NCBI GenBank assembly: GCA_000989765.1
Contig: LBOW01000004.1
Span: 1 to 51,062, forward strand
Length of the DNA stretch: 51,062 nt
Origin: Candidatus Woesebacteria bacterium GW2011_GWB1_33_22
GTDB taxonomy: Bacteria > Patescibacteriota > Microgenomatia > UBA8517
Direction: 5' to 3'
Made by a program: the position numbers and the translations under genes. The notes beneath the pieces are model-generated. The model was given only the letters and a program-made list of their open reading frames with translations, did no database searches and was not told where the DNA came from. Every line of letters begins with the position of its first letter. Position 1 is the stretch's first letter. Below are positions 37,396 to 47,418 of the stretch, piece after piece.

Positions 37396-37794
37396 CTATG
37401 AAGCTTTAACTTTTGTTTTTGAAGTTTTAACCTTTTTTTGTAATTTTGCTTTTTCCCTTACATTACTTCTCCAATATATTTTATCAATCTCTTTCGGAGA
37501 TTTTTCTCTGGTGTAGTAAAGTTTTGCTCGCTTTACTCCACGGGTACCATTCTTAACGACTTCAATTTTTTCAATTGTGGGAAGGTCCACTGGAAAAATC
37601 TTCTCAATTCCAATTGCTGCTTCACCAATTCTTCTAACAGTAAACATTTTTCGTCCTGTTTCACCTTTAATGGCCAAAACCATACCATCAAAGAAAGCAA
37701 CTCTTGTTTTTTCTCCCTCTTTAATTTTTTGGAAAACTTTAATTCTATCTCCAATTCCAAATTCAATTTCCTTATGTTTAATTCTTAAAGCCAT
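37396..37794 (-). CDS. rplS: 50S ribosomal protein L19
   Basis: GDRIKV, IKEGEKTR, GIEKIFP, RAKLYY. Confidence 0.96.
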   Translation of the reverse strand: MALRIKHKEIEFGIGDRIKVFQKIKEGEKTRVAFFDGMVLAIKGETGRKMFTVRRIGEAAIGIEKIFPVDLPTIEKIEVVKNGTRGVKRAKLYYTREKSPKEIDKIYWRSNVREKAKLQKKVKTSKTKVKAS

Positions 37795-37807
37795 GAAGTA
37801 TATTATA

Positions 37808-38182
37808 CTATTTATTTTTAAGCCCGCCTAGTACCATTGGTAAGCTTAGAAGCTGTCTTCTGATTGGATCAAGAATAAGACCCATTGATTCAAGAGTTAC
37901 AGCTCCTAATAAGTTACTATCACCTTTTTCTCCAAAAATAACAGGCGCATGACCTTTTTCCTGACCATAAGAATATAATGCTCCACCCATTTTTCTAGTG
38001 ATTAAATCTCCATTAGCAAGAGAAAACTCTTTTTCAGACATTGGTTTTATACCAAGTTTTTTTAAGATTTGACTATCAACAACTGAGTAAACCGCCCCTG
38101 AGTCAACCATAAAGTGAACACTTTCAAAGACATTAGGTTTTAAAGGATTTGCAATCTTTACTCTCAAGTTAGTTATTCCCAT
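37808..38182 (-). CDS. Clan AA aspartyl protease
   Basis: MVDSGA, LLGAVTLE. Confidence 0.88.
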   Translation of the reverse strand: MGITNLRVKIANPLKPNVFESVHFMVDSGAVYSVVDSQILKKLGIKPMSEKEFSLANGDLITRKMGGALYSYGQEKGHAPVIFGEKGDSNLLGAVTLESMGLILDPIRRQLLSLPMVLGGLKNK

Positions 38183-38201
38183 ATGAATGAATTATACATC
38201 A

Positions 38202-41200
38202 CTACTTCAAGATTATATCTATTTGTTTTTGCAAACTTTCAGACCACATAATTTTCTGTTTTGGAGTAATTTTATGTTTATCTGAATCAAATATTAACAA
38301 GGCTTCATCATTGCCATTATTTTCCTCAAAAAGTTTTTTAAGTTCCAGAAGTTTTTCTTTTGTAGTATCTTTGGGAATATGAATTATATGTTTATCGTCT
38401 TTTTTGTATTCCTCCATAGTCTCAACTAAAAAAGAAATTTCGTCTTCTCTTTGATCGACTTTCCCTGAAATTAAAACAATTTTTCCATCCATTAAAAAGC
38501 TTTTTACATCTTGATAAATTTTAGGAAAAACAACTAAATCTACAATTCCGGTTGTATCCTCAGCCTTAACAAAAGCCATTTCTGAATTGTTTTTCTTAGT
38601 TAATATTACTCTTACTTCTCTAATAACTACTCCTAGTTTAACCATTTTGTCCTTTTGATCTTCAGGATTAAGTTCAAAAATTTTACAAGTTATACTTGCT
38701 TCTAAAGGTTCTAAAAGTTCGTTTATTGGTTTTGCTGAAATAGAAAAACCCAAAAGATCTCGTTCAAATTTCTCTCTTTCATCATCTGAATAATCGTCAA
38801 TAGAATTATCAATTATGGAATCATCTGAAGCGTAAGCTGACATTGCGGAGATGTCTTCCAACGAAAAAAGTCCAGATTGGCCATTATTTTCCTTAGGTTT
38901 AGTTAACTTACTTTTAATTACATCCATAGCAGATAAAAGTGCTGTTCTCTTGCCAAAATTATTCATTGCTCCTACCTTAATTAAACTTTCCAAGACTTTT
39001 TTATTTACTTTTCTACCATCAACTCTATTAATAAAATCTGAAAAAGATTTAAATCCGACAGCTGGCGGACCTTTCCTAGCCTCAAGAATTACATCTATTG
39101 CAATTTTTCCCACATTCTTAACGGCGGACAAGCCAAATCGAATGTCTTTTTCATTTACTATAGTAAAATCAACACCCGATTCGTTAATGTCAGGGGGAAG
39201 TACTTTAATACCCATTCTTCTGCATTCATGCACTGCAAGGCTTACTTTTTCACTATCGTTGCTCTCTGCCGAAAGTAGGGCATTCATATATTCCACTGGA
39301 TAATTTGCTTTCATATAAGCTGTGTAGTAAGCAACCATTCCATACGAGGCGGCGTGTGCTTTATTAAAACCATAAGCCTGGAACGGTTCAAAAAGTTTCC
39401 ATAATTTTTCAGCAAATTCTGCTGTTTGCCCATTTTTAATAATACCTTTTATAAATTTATTTTTTTGGGCAGCCATTTCTTCAGGGATCTTCTTACCAAC
39501 TGCTTTCCTAAATTTATCAGCCTCTTCCCAGCTATAACCTGCCAAATCAAGAGCGCAAAACAAAAGATCATCCTGATAAACAATTAGTCCATATGATTTT
39601 TGTAAAAATTTTTCCATTCTGGGGTCTAAAAATTTGACCAAATTAGGATTATTTTTGCGTTTTATGTATTCTGGTATAACAGCTATTGGGCCAGGTCTAT
39701 AAAGTGCTACCATCGCCATAATATCTTCAACTCTAGTAGGCTTTAGTTCTTTTAAAAATTTTGTCATGCCAGAACCGTTTAGTTGAAAAGTACCCATTGT
39801 TTCACCACGAGAGAGCATCTCAAAAGTTTTTGTATCGTCTATTGGAAGTTTGTGAAGATCTATATCAATATTTCTTGTACTTTTAACAATTTTAATAGCA
39901 TTACCTAAAATTGAAAGGTTTCTTATTCCTAAAACATCAAATTTAATTAAACCAACATCTTCACAAGCATGCATTTCATACTGTGTGATAGTTTTTTCTC
40001 CCGAAGGCTCTTTTTGTATGGGAGCAAAATCTGTTAATTTGGTTGGAGCAACAACTACTCCCGCAGCGTGAACAGACAAATGTCTGGCATTTCCTTCAAC
40101 ACTTCTAGCTAAATCAAAAATTTTTTTGGTGTCTTTATCATTTTCATACAAAGCTTTTAAGTCAGGAGTCTCACTTAAGGCTCTCTCCATAGTCATTGGA
40201 AAACCTTGTGAACCAATTGGAATTAATTTTGCAATTTTATCGCCAATTGCATATGGATAACCCAAAACTCTTGCAATGTCACGAACGGCAGCTTTGGCAA
40301 GCATTCTTCCGAATGTGCAAACCTGGGCAACTTTATCAGTTCCATATACTTTAGTTATATAGCTAATAACATCGTCGCGACTATTATCAGATATATCAAA
40401 ATCAATATCTGGTGGAGATGGTCTAAAGGGATTTAAAAATCTTTCAAAAGGTAACCCGTATGTTAACGGATTTACAGTTGTTATACCCAATACATATGAA
40501 ACCAAACTGCCAGCAGCAGAACCTCTGGTATTGGTTACAATCCCATTTTCAGTAGCCCAGTTAACCATGTCCATGACAATTAAAAAGTAGGGAGCGTAGC
40601 CTTTCTTGTTAATTATGCCAAGCTCATAAGTTAATCTTTCTTTTGTTTCTTTTGTAATGTTTTCGATTTTTTCGGGCAAATATTTCCAGGCTAGTTCCTC
40701 TAAATACACTCCATCTGTCTTTCCTTTTGGCAAGTTAAATTTAGGAAAAGACCAAGAGCCAATTGGGATCTCAAGGTTACATTTATCAGCAATATAAACT
40801 GTATTTTCGATAGCATCAGGTAGATCCTTGAAAACTTCTGCCATTTCATCAGGAGTTTTGATATAAAAATCAGGATTATCAATATATCTTAATCGTTTGA
40901 CATCAGACACATTCTTACCCGTGGCTATACAAACTAAAGCATCCTGCGCTGGAGCATCTTCTCTTTTAATGTAATGGCAATCGTTTGTAGCAACTAAAGG
41001 GATACCCAGATCACGACTGAGCCTAATCGCTCCTTCTTCATATTTTTTACATTCATCCGCAGTTTTTGATAAATTAGTCTTTAATTCTTGATCATTAATA
41101 CTTGATATTATTTTTTCATAGTTATGTCTTTGTATTTCTATGTAGAAATCATCTTTGAAAACGTCGGCATACCACTGAGTTAATTTTTTTGCTTCCTCGT

Positions 41201-41639
41201 AGTTGTTGTCAATTAATAAACTGGGTATCTCAGCAGCTGGACAACCAGAAAAGCAAATCAAACCATCTTTATGTTTACTAAGTATCTCTTTGGTAAATCG
41301 GGGGCGATAATAAAAACCCTCCATGTGAGCAATTGAAGTTAATTGCATCAAGTTTTTGTAGCCTTCATAATTTTTGGCAAGAAGTGTAATGTGAAAGTTA
41401 TCTTTAACTTTTTCAGTCATGTTTCGAGTAACATAACCTTCAAGACCGATAATTGGTTTTATTTCTTGTTTTTTGCCTTCTTTAAAAAATTCAATAGCTC
41501 CATACATTGCTCCATGGTCGGTCATAGCAATTGCATTCATCCTATTTTCTTTAACAAAAGTAAAAAGTTTTCTTATTCGTGAGAGTCCATCAAGAAGCGA
41601 ATATTCTGTGTGGTTATGAAGGTGAACAAACTGCGTCAT
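38202..41639 (-). CDS. dnaE: DNA polymerase III alpha subunit
   Basis: HLHNHTEYSLLDG PHP domain, RGSAAGS, PDIDFD, FNKAH, OB fold. Confidence 0.98.
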   Translation of the reverse strand: MTQFVHLHNHTEYSLLDGLSRIRKLFTFVKENRMNAIAMTDHGAMYGAIEFFKEGKKQEIKPIIGLEGYVTRNMTEKVKDNFHITLLAKNYEGYKNLMQLTSIAHMEGFYYRPRFTKEILSKHKDGLICFSGCPAAEIPSLLIDNNYEEAKKLTQWYADVFKDDFYIEIQRHNYEKIISSINDQELKTNLSKTADECKKYEEGAIRLSRDLGIPLVATNDCHYIKREDAPAQDALVCIATGKNVSDVKRLRYIDNPDFYIKTPDEMAEVFKDLPDAIENTVYIADKCNLEIPIGSWSFPKFNLPKGKTDGVYLEELAWKYLPEKIENITKETKERLTYELGIINKKGYAPYFLIVMDMVNWATENGIVTNTRGSAAGSLVSYVLGITTVNPLTYGLPFERFLNPFRPSPPDIDFDISDNSRDDVISYITKVYGTDKVAQVCTFGRMLAKAAVRDIARVLGYPYAIGDKIAKLIPIGSQGFPMTMERALSETPDLKALYENDKDTKKIFDLARSVEGNARHLSVHAAGVVVAPTKLTDFAPIQKEPSGEKTITQYEMHACEDVGLIKFDVLGIRNLSILGNAIKIVKSTRNIDIDLHKLPIDDTKTFEMLSRGETMGTFQLNGSGMTKFLKELKPTRVEDIMAMVALYRPGPIAVIPEYIKRKNNPNLVKFLDPRMEKFLQKSYGLIVYQDDLLFCALDLAGYSWEEADKFRKAVGKKIPEEMAAQKNKFIKGIIKNGQTAEFAEKLWKLFEPFQAYGFNKAHAASYGMVAYYTAYMKANYPVEYMNALLSAESNDSEKVSLAVHECRRMGIKVLPPDINESGVDFTIVNEKDIRFGLSAVKNVGKIAIDVILEARKGPPAVGFKSFSDFINRVDGRKVNKKVLESLIKVGAMNNFGKRTALLSAMDVIKSKLTKPKENNGQSGLFSLEDISAMSAYASDDSIIDNSIDDYSDDEREKFERDLLGFSISAKPINELLEPLEASITCKIFELNPEDQKDKMVKLGVVIREVRVILTKKNNSEMAFVKAEDTTGIVDLVVFPKIYQDVKSFLMDGKIVLISGKVDQREDEISFLVETMEEYKKDDKHIIHIPKDTTKEKLLELKKLFEENNGNDEALLIFDSDKHKITPKQKIMWSESLQKQIDIILK

Positions 41640-41667
41640 TATCACTATTCTGCCACTATTTATCTGT

Positions 41668-41856
41668 TTAGTCTACCTTCTTTAAATCATTTAAGGGTGT
41701 TTTTTCTTGTAAATATTTTTCTGGATCAATTTCATATTCAAAAGTAGGTTTACCTGGTTCGATTATTTTTCTTTTACGATCTTTAGCTAAAATATAACCT
41801 TTCCCGAAAGTGCCTACTATCTTCCATTCTTTATTTTCATTATTTATTTCTGTCAT
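41668..41856 (-). CDS. Small hypothetical protein
   Basis: 62-aa ORF filling the gap, co-oriented with neighbours. Confidence 0.55.
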   Translation of the reverse strand: MTEINNENKEWKIVGTFGKGYILAKDRKRKIIEPGKPTFEYEIDPEKYLQEKTPLNDLKKVD

Positions 41857-41899
41857 AACTCAATCTGATAATAAAATTATACCATAAATTTAATTTATT

Positions 41900-43102
41900 T
41901 TAGTTGAAATTCTCCTCTATTAATTTTTGGCCGTTACGAATTGAATACATTAAAATTAGAATAACACCAAGAGACATTATTGTTAAGAGGGTTTTTACTC
42001 CAAAAAATTCTGAAACTACTCCAGAAAAAATTATTGGAAAAATTGTTGCAATAGTAATTAAAAACCATAAATTACCAAAAACCCTTCCTCTTAACCATTG
42101 AGGAGTGTTTTCTTGTAAAAAAGTAAGCGTTGGGATATTTACTCCAATAAACCCCATCCCCACCAATAATACTAATATTGGGGTAGAAATAAGTTTGCCA
42201 AAAACTAGCCCCATTACTGAAAGACCTAAAATAGCAAGGCTTAAATCAATAATTTGTTTTTTTCGCCAACCAACTTTGAGTAATTTTGAAACTGAAATTG
42301 ATCCTATAGTCGCACCTATTCCTGCAGGAACAACCACCAATAGTCCAACATATGAGGTTGAAATATGTAAAATTTCTTTAGCAATGCTGGGTAGGTTTGC
42401 TGTAATAATAGAAAGACCCACTTGTATAAAAAAGAGAAGAATTAGGGGGTAAAGTACAGTTTTTTTAGTCTTAATAAATTTATAGCCTTCTATTAAATGA
42501 TCAAAAAAAACTTTCATCAAAGCCTCCCAATCAGTTGGCAATTTTTTACGAGGAGTCACATTTGGAAGAAGGTAAACACTTAAAAAGGCAATAAAAAGCA
42601 TTGATGAAGCAATAATCAGACTTCCCTCAAATCCTACCAGCTTCTCAATTATCCCTGCAAAGCCAAAACCAATGACTAATGCAAGTTGTGAGGTTAGAAA
42701 AAACAAACTGTTAGCCTTTGGCAATTTTTCTTTGCTAATAACTGAAGGTAAACTAGCATTTTCAGCTGGTACATAAAACTGATTTAAAAATGAATAACTT
42801 AAAACAACTGCAAAAAGTAAAAACACAGAGTAGTTATGGCCAAAAATATACAAAAATATAACTACAGCCTGAAGTAAATTGGTAATTACTAAAGTTTTTC
42901 TACGACTAACCAGGTCAACTACCCCTGCTCCAATCGGTCCAAAAAATATCGCAGGTAGAGCATAAGAAACCCAAAGAAGTGAAGTTGCAATTGATGAACC
43001 CGTAGCATTAAAAAGTTTAGCTAAAAGAAGAAAATTCATCATGTTCACCGTCACTTGTGAAAGTATTTGTGAAACCCAAAGATAGTAGAAATTTTTACCC
43101 AT
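41900..43102 (-). CDS. MFS transporter
   Basis: About 12 TM; GVVDLVSRRK, LQENTPQWLRGRVFG. Confidence 0.92.
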   Translation of the reverse strand: MGKNFYYLWVSQILSQVTVNMMNFLLLAKLFNATGSSIATSLLWVSYALPAIFFGPIGAGVVDLVSRRKTLVITNLLQAVVIFLYIFGHNYSVFLLFAVVLSYSFLNQFYVPAENASLPSVISKEKLPKANSLFFLTSQLALVIGFGFAGIIEKLVGFEGSLIIASSMLFIAFLSVYLLPNVTPRKKLPTDWEALMKVFFDHLIEGYKFIKTKKTVLYPLILLFFIQVGLSIITANLPSIAKEILHISTSYVGLLVVVPAGIGATIGSISVSKLLKVGWRKKQIIDLSLAILGLSVMGLVFGKLISTPILVLLVGMGFIGVNIPTLTFLQENTPQWLRGRVFGNLWFLITIATIFPIIFSGVVSEFFGVKTLLTIMSLGVILILMYSIRNGQKLIEENFN

Positions 43103-44402
43103 GTAAAGCTTCTAGCAGTTTAGCACTAATTAATTTTGGGTCACCCTTTCCTGATAGTTTTTTTTGAACTTGTCCGATTAAAAATCCTATTACCTGGCCT
43201 TTGCCATTTTTATAGGAAGTAATTACATCAGGATTTTCAGATAAAACTTCTCTAATTCCTTGCTCAACATCAGAAGCTGGAATAAAATCAGTTTTTGTAA
43301 GTTCTATTATTTTTTTAACTAAACCAGCGGGTTCAAGATATTTTTCATCAAGTTTTTTATTAATCATCAAGTCTGCAATCAGCTTGTAGTTTTTATTTAA
43401 TTTACAAGCCTTCTCAAAATAATTGGCTCTTGTCAAATCAGAAACTAAAATTTCTATGTATTCTTTTGATAGGTTATATTGTTTCTCAAATCCTTCTCGT
43501 TTTTGTTGTGGTAATTCAGGCAAACTAGATTCTAATTCCTGAATTCTAGATTCTTGTATTTCAATTGGAGGAATATCAGGTTCGGGAAAATACCTATAAT
43601 CTTGTGAATCTTCTTTAGATCTTTGTGAAAAAGTCAATTTCGTATTTTCGTCATACCCTCTTGTTTCCTGTTTTATTTTTCTACCTTGACTAAGTTCTAA
43701 TTCCTGTCTTTTTATTTCTGCCTCAATTGCTTTTTCTAAAAACCTAAAACTATTAATGTTTTTAAGTTCTACTTTATAGTCGGGCAACATTACAGGTTCG
43801 GAACCTGTAACAGGTTCCGAACCTAATAGAAGTAATGAGATATTCGCTTCCAGTCTCATAGTTCCTTTTTCCATGTCTGCTCCGCTTATGTCTAAATATC
43901 TGGCAATCAATTGGAGTTCTTTGGTAAAAGCTAAAACTTCAGAAGTCGAATGAAAAACAGGTGCAGTAACAAGTTCTATTAAAGCACAGCCACAGCGATT
44001 GAAATCAACTAGGGAAATATTATTTTGATGTATTAATTTCCCTGCATCTTCTTCAAGGTGTATGTGATTTATAGCTTTACCCAGTAAACTACCCCCTACA
44101 CATAATGGATTGTCTTTTTGACTGGTCTGGAAGCTTTTGGCAAGGTCAGGATAAAAATAATGTTTTCTATAAAATTTACTTTTAGCTGAAATTGTAGATC
44201 CTAGTGCAAGTCCCAACTTTATAACTTTATTTATTGCTTCCTTATTAGCAATCGGTAAAGCTCCAGGAAGTCCTAAACAAATAGGGCAAGTTTGAGAATT
44301 AGGTTTTGCTCCAAAATGGTTTTGAGGGCAACCACAAAACATTTTAGATTTTGTATTTGGTTCTATATGGACTTCAAGTCCAATAATGGTTGTGTATTTC
44401 AT
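43095..44402 (-). CDS. gatB: Asp/Glu-tRNA amidotransferase subunit B
   Basis: IGLEVH, YFYPDL, HLEEDAGK, DYRYFPEPD. Confidence 0.97.
   Translation of the reverse strand: MKYTTIIGLEVHIEPNTKSKMFCGCPQNHFGAKPNSQTCPICLGLPGALPIANKEAINKVIKLGLALGSTISAKSKFYRKHYFYPDLAKSFQTSQKDNPLCVGGSLLGKAINHIHLEEDAGKLIHQNNISLVDFNRCGCALIELVTAPVFHSTSEVLAFTKELQLIARYLDISGADMEKGTMRLEANISLLLLGSEPVTGSEPVMLPDYKVELKNINSFRFLEKAIEAEIKRQELELSQGRKIKQETRGYDENTKLTFSQRSKEDSQDYRYFPEPDIPPIEIQESRIQELESSLPELPQQKREGFEKQYNLSKEYIEILVSDLTRANYFEKACKLNKNYKLIADLMINKKLDEKYLEPAGLVKKIIELTKTDFIPASDVEQGIREVLSENPDVITSYKNGKGQVIGFLIGQVQKKLSGKGDPKLISAKLLEALHG
43526..43553. repeat. Heptamer array in gatB
   Basis: TAGATTC TAATTCC TGAATTC TAGATTC, encoding QESRIQELES. 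Confidence 0.55.
43794..43824. repeat. Perfect 15-bp inverted repeat in gatB (GSEPVTGSEP)
   Basis: AGGTTCGGAACCTGT-A-ACAGGTTCCGAACCT; homologous to 26596-26630. Confidence 0.85.
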
Positions 44403-44403
44403 A

Positions 44404-45792
44404 TTAAAATGCTGTTTTTGGTTTGTAATCTATTTCTTTATGATAAAGTTTCCCTAATTCAAACAATTGATGCTCTGAAAATCTTGGGCCCATTAACTGA
44501 AAGCCTAATGGCAAGTTATTTTTAGTAAAACCCGACGGGAGTGCAAGCGATGGAATACCACATAAATTGGCTGTGGCAGCGTAGACATCTGTTAAATACA
44601 TTGATAATGGATCATTGATTTTTTCACCTAATTTAAATGGTGGAGTTGGAGCAACGGGAGCAATTAAAGCATCAACTTCATCTTTCATAAAAACCTGATC
44701 TACTTCTGAAATTATTTTAGACCTTACCCTCATAGCCTTATCATAGTAGGAATCATAAAAACCAGCTGATAAAACATAACTACCTAGCATAATTCTTCTT
44801 TTAGCTTCTTCACCAAGAAAATCTCTATCATTTCCATATCTAATACCATCAAAACGACCTAAATTACTTGAAACTTCAGCTGGTTGAATAATGTAATAAA
44901 CTGAAATTCCGTACTTTGTGGAAGGTAGACTTACATCTACAAATTCTACATTCTCTTTTTTGTAAACATTTATAACCTCTTGAATATTTTTTTCAATTTC
45001 ACTATCTAAACCCTCTATAAAAAACTCTCTTGGTATTCCAATTTTAAACTTAGATTTTTTTGATTCATCACCTTTTTTATTAACCACTGTCCCATCAAAA
45101 CCATCTTCACCTTTAATTACGTTAAAAATTGTTTCAACGTCTTCAATTGTGCGGGCTAAAGGGCCAACTGTATCCAATGAACTTGCCATAGCAATAACAC
45201 CATATCTTGATACAGCACCATAGGTGGGTTTAAGCGATACTAAGTAGTTGTAATTTGCAGGAAGTCTAATAGATCCACAGGTGTCAGTTCCTGTTGAAAT
45301 AAGACTCATGTTGGCTGAAAGAACAGCACCCGATCCGCTTGAAGAACCACCAGGAATATAATCTTTATCCCAAGGATTTAAAGTTGCTCCAAAGTCTGAA
45401 TTCTCACCACTTGAACCATGCGCAAAGGCATCGCAGTTTAATTTTCCAATTGGTATAGCTCCAGCATTTTCAATCTTTTTAACTGAAGTGGCAGAATAAA
45501 CAGGTACGTAACTTTCTAAAATTTTAGATCCTGCAGTTGTTCGAATATCTTTGGTTAAAAATATATCTTTGTAAGCTATTGTTACACCTGACAAAGGTTC
45601 ATCAAACTTACCAATTTTGTCTAATTCTTTTGCTTTAGCATAAGCTAGATCTTCAGTAACTGTTAGAAAAATATTATATTCTTTGTTGTATTTCTTGATC
45701 TGTGCTAAATAAGCATCAACAAGTTCCACTGCTGAAAACTTTTTCTGTTTTAATCCATCTTGAGTTTCTTTAATTGTTAAAGGTGTATTCAT
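44404..45792 (-). CDS. gatA: Asp/Glu-tRNA amidotransferase subunit A
   Basis: PGGSSSGS, GTDTCGSIR, RRIMLG. Confidence 0.97.
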   Translation of the reverse strand: MNTPLTIKETQDGLKQKKFSAVELVDAYLAQIKKYNKEYNIFLTVTEDLAYAKAKELDKIGKFDEPLSGVTIAYKDIFLTKDIRTTAGSKILESYVPVYSATSVKKIENAGAIPIGKLNCDAFAHGSSGENSDFGATLNPWDKDYIPGGSSSGSGAVLSANMSLISTGTDTCGSIRLPANYNYLVSLKPTYGAVSRYGVIAMASSLDTVGPLARTIEDVETIFNVIKGEDGFDGTVVNKKGDESKKSKFKIGIPREFFIEGLDSEIEKNIQEVINVYKKENVEFVDVSLPSTKYGISVYYIIQPAEVSSNLGRFDGIRYGNDRDFLGEEAKRRIMLGSYVLSAGFYDSYYDKAMRVRSKIISEVDQVFMKDEVDALIAPVAPTPPFKLGEKINDPLSMYLTDVYAATANLCGIPSLALPSGFTKNNLPLGFQLMGPRFSEHQLFELGKLYHKEIDYKPKTAF

Positions 45793-46094
45793 GTTCTGTT
45801 TTCTAAAACAGCTGGAACTTTAAATAAACCGTTGTATGTGTTATCAGTCCCCGACAAAGCCTGGCCTTGTGTTAGAATGTTTTCACTAATCACTTTGTCT
45901 TCACGGAATACGTTAGTAAGCCCTGTTGTTTGATTTGTAGGTTCAACACTGTTAGTATCAACTTCTGATAATTGTCCGACAAAACCAACAATTTTAGATA
46001 GCTGGGGAGTAAACTTTTTTATTTCAGCATCGGTTAATGTGAGATTACTAAGTTTGGCAACATGTAAAACTTCCTTTTTTGTTAATTTTGTCAT
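45789..46094 (-). CDS. gatC: Asp/Glu-tRNA amidotransferase subunit C
   Basis: EVLHVAKLSNL, VFREDK, FKVPAV. Confidence 0.95.
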   Translation of the reverse strand: MTKLTKKEVLHVAKLSNLTLTDAEIKKFTPQLSKIVGFVGQLSEVDTNSVEPTNQTTGLTNVFREDKVISENILTQGQALSGTDNTYNGLFKVPAVLENRT

Positions 46095-46112
46095 GTCAAT
46101 ATAATACTTCAA

Positions 46113-47042
46113 CTAACTCATTTTTTGAAGTACGGCAATTCTTTCTGAAATTGGTGGGTGAGTATTAAAAAGATTTGCAAACAGGCCCACATTGCCTTTA
46201 ATTCCCATTTTAAAAGGACTAACAATATAAAGATGAGCTGTTGCTTTGTTTGCAGCTTCTAAGGGTTCTGTATCGGCCGATATCTTTTCTAAAGCAGTAA
46301 TTAATCCTTGAGGTTGCCTTGTAATAGCAACACTACCAGCATCAGCCATAAACTCTCTTCTTCTTGAAATTGCTAGTTGAATTAATTGGGCAATAATAGG
46401 TGAGAGTATCGCAAATATTATGCCAATTATTAAAACAACCGCACCAAGACCATTTTTTTCATCATTAGATGATCTTCTTCCATGAAAACTGCTTCGGAGG
46501 AAAAAATCTCCAAGAAGCGCAATTAATCCAACCATCACAGAAACAATTGACATTAAACGAATATCATAATTTTTAACATGAGATAATTCATGAGCAATTA
46601 CTCCTTCAAGTTCTGTTCTTGTAAGTTTTTCTAAAAGTCCTGTTGTTACACAGACAACAGCATGGTCTGGATCACGACCAGTTGCAAATGCATTTGGTGC
46701 AGAATCTTCAATTACGAAAAGTTTTGGTCTTGGAAGTCCGGCTCCTATACACAAATTCTCTGCAACTGAAGTAAATAGTTTATCTTCTCTCGAATTTGCT
46801 ATTCTTGCCCTTGAAATGCCAAGAACAATCTTATCTGAAAAATAATAACTTACAAAAGTAGATACACCTGAAATAATTAGAGCAATGCCAGCAAAACCAA
46901 GGCCACTTGCCTCATAACCATTATAAATACCAATAGCTAATGCTATAAAATAAGTAGAAATTGCAACAAACGCAAAAAATAAAACAGCAATTACTGCCGA
47001 CTTTATCTTATTTGCCGACTGCACTTCATATATATTTTTCAT
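46113..47042 (-). CDS. htpX: M48 zinc metalloprotease HtpX
   Basis: PNAFATG, HELSH, SRRREFMAD, THPP. Confidence 0.95.
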   Translation of the reverse strand: MKNIYEVQSANKIKSAVIAVLFFAFVAISTYFIALAIGIYNGYEASGLGFAGIALIISGVSTFVSYYFSDKIVLGISRARIANSREDKLFTSVAENLCIGAGLPRPKLFVIEDSAPNAFATGRDPDHAVVCVTTGLLEKLTRTELEGVIAHELSHVKNYDIRLMSIVSVMVGLIALLGDFFLRSSFHGRRSSNDEKNGLGAVVLIIGIIFAILSPIIAQLIQLAISRRREFMADAGSVAITRQPQGLITALEKISADTEPLEAANKATAHLYIVSPFKMGIKGNVGLFANLFNTHPPISERIAVLQKMS

Positions 47043-47043
47043 A

Positions 47044-47268
47044 TTACTTTATGAATTGCTCAAATTCAGATTTACTCATTCCTGATTGGTTTAAAATACT
47101 TTGAAAAGTACCAAAGGCAATTTGCTTGTGTATTGGAACAATTACTGTTTGTAATTTACCATTCCAAAATCCTCGCATCTTTAGATGACTTCCTTTTTGT
47201 GAAACTTGACTAAAATTAGCTCTTTTAAAAGCATTTACTGTCTCTCTTGAAGTATATAATTTAGGCAT
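47044..47268 (-). CDS. hicA: HicA-family toxin
   Basis: QKGSH, VIVPIH, GTFQSILNQSG. Confidence 0.88.
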   Translation of the reverse strand: MPKLYTSRETVNAFKRANFSQVSQKGSHLKMRGFWNGKLQTVIVPIHKQIAFGTFQSILNQSGMSKSEFEQFIK

Positions 47269-47399
47269 ATATAGCAGATATCTCAGGTTCTGTTGGTACA
47301 AAATAATTTGGAATTTTTACATCTTCATCTTCAAGCAATAATGGCCACAAACCAATTTTCTTCTTGCCATACAATCGCCTTCAAGTCTGTTTTTGACAT
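47261..47399 (-). pseudogene. hicB: HicB antitoxin with internal deletion and frameshift
   Basis: MSKTDLKAIVWQEENWFVA, then stop at 47331-47333; C-terminal LLLEDEDVKIP...AIYA* lies in another frame and overlaps the hicA ATG; central SQG/EA segment missing. Confidence 0.75.
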
Positions 47400-47418
47400 A
47401 AAGATATTATATCATTTC

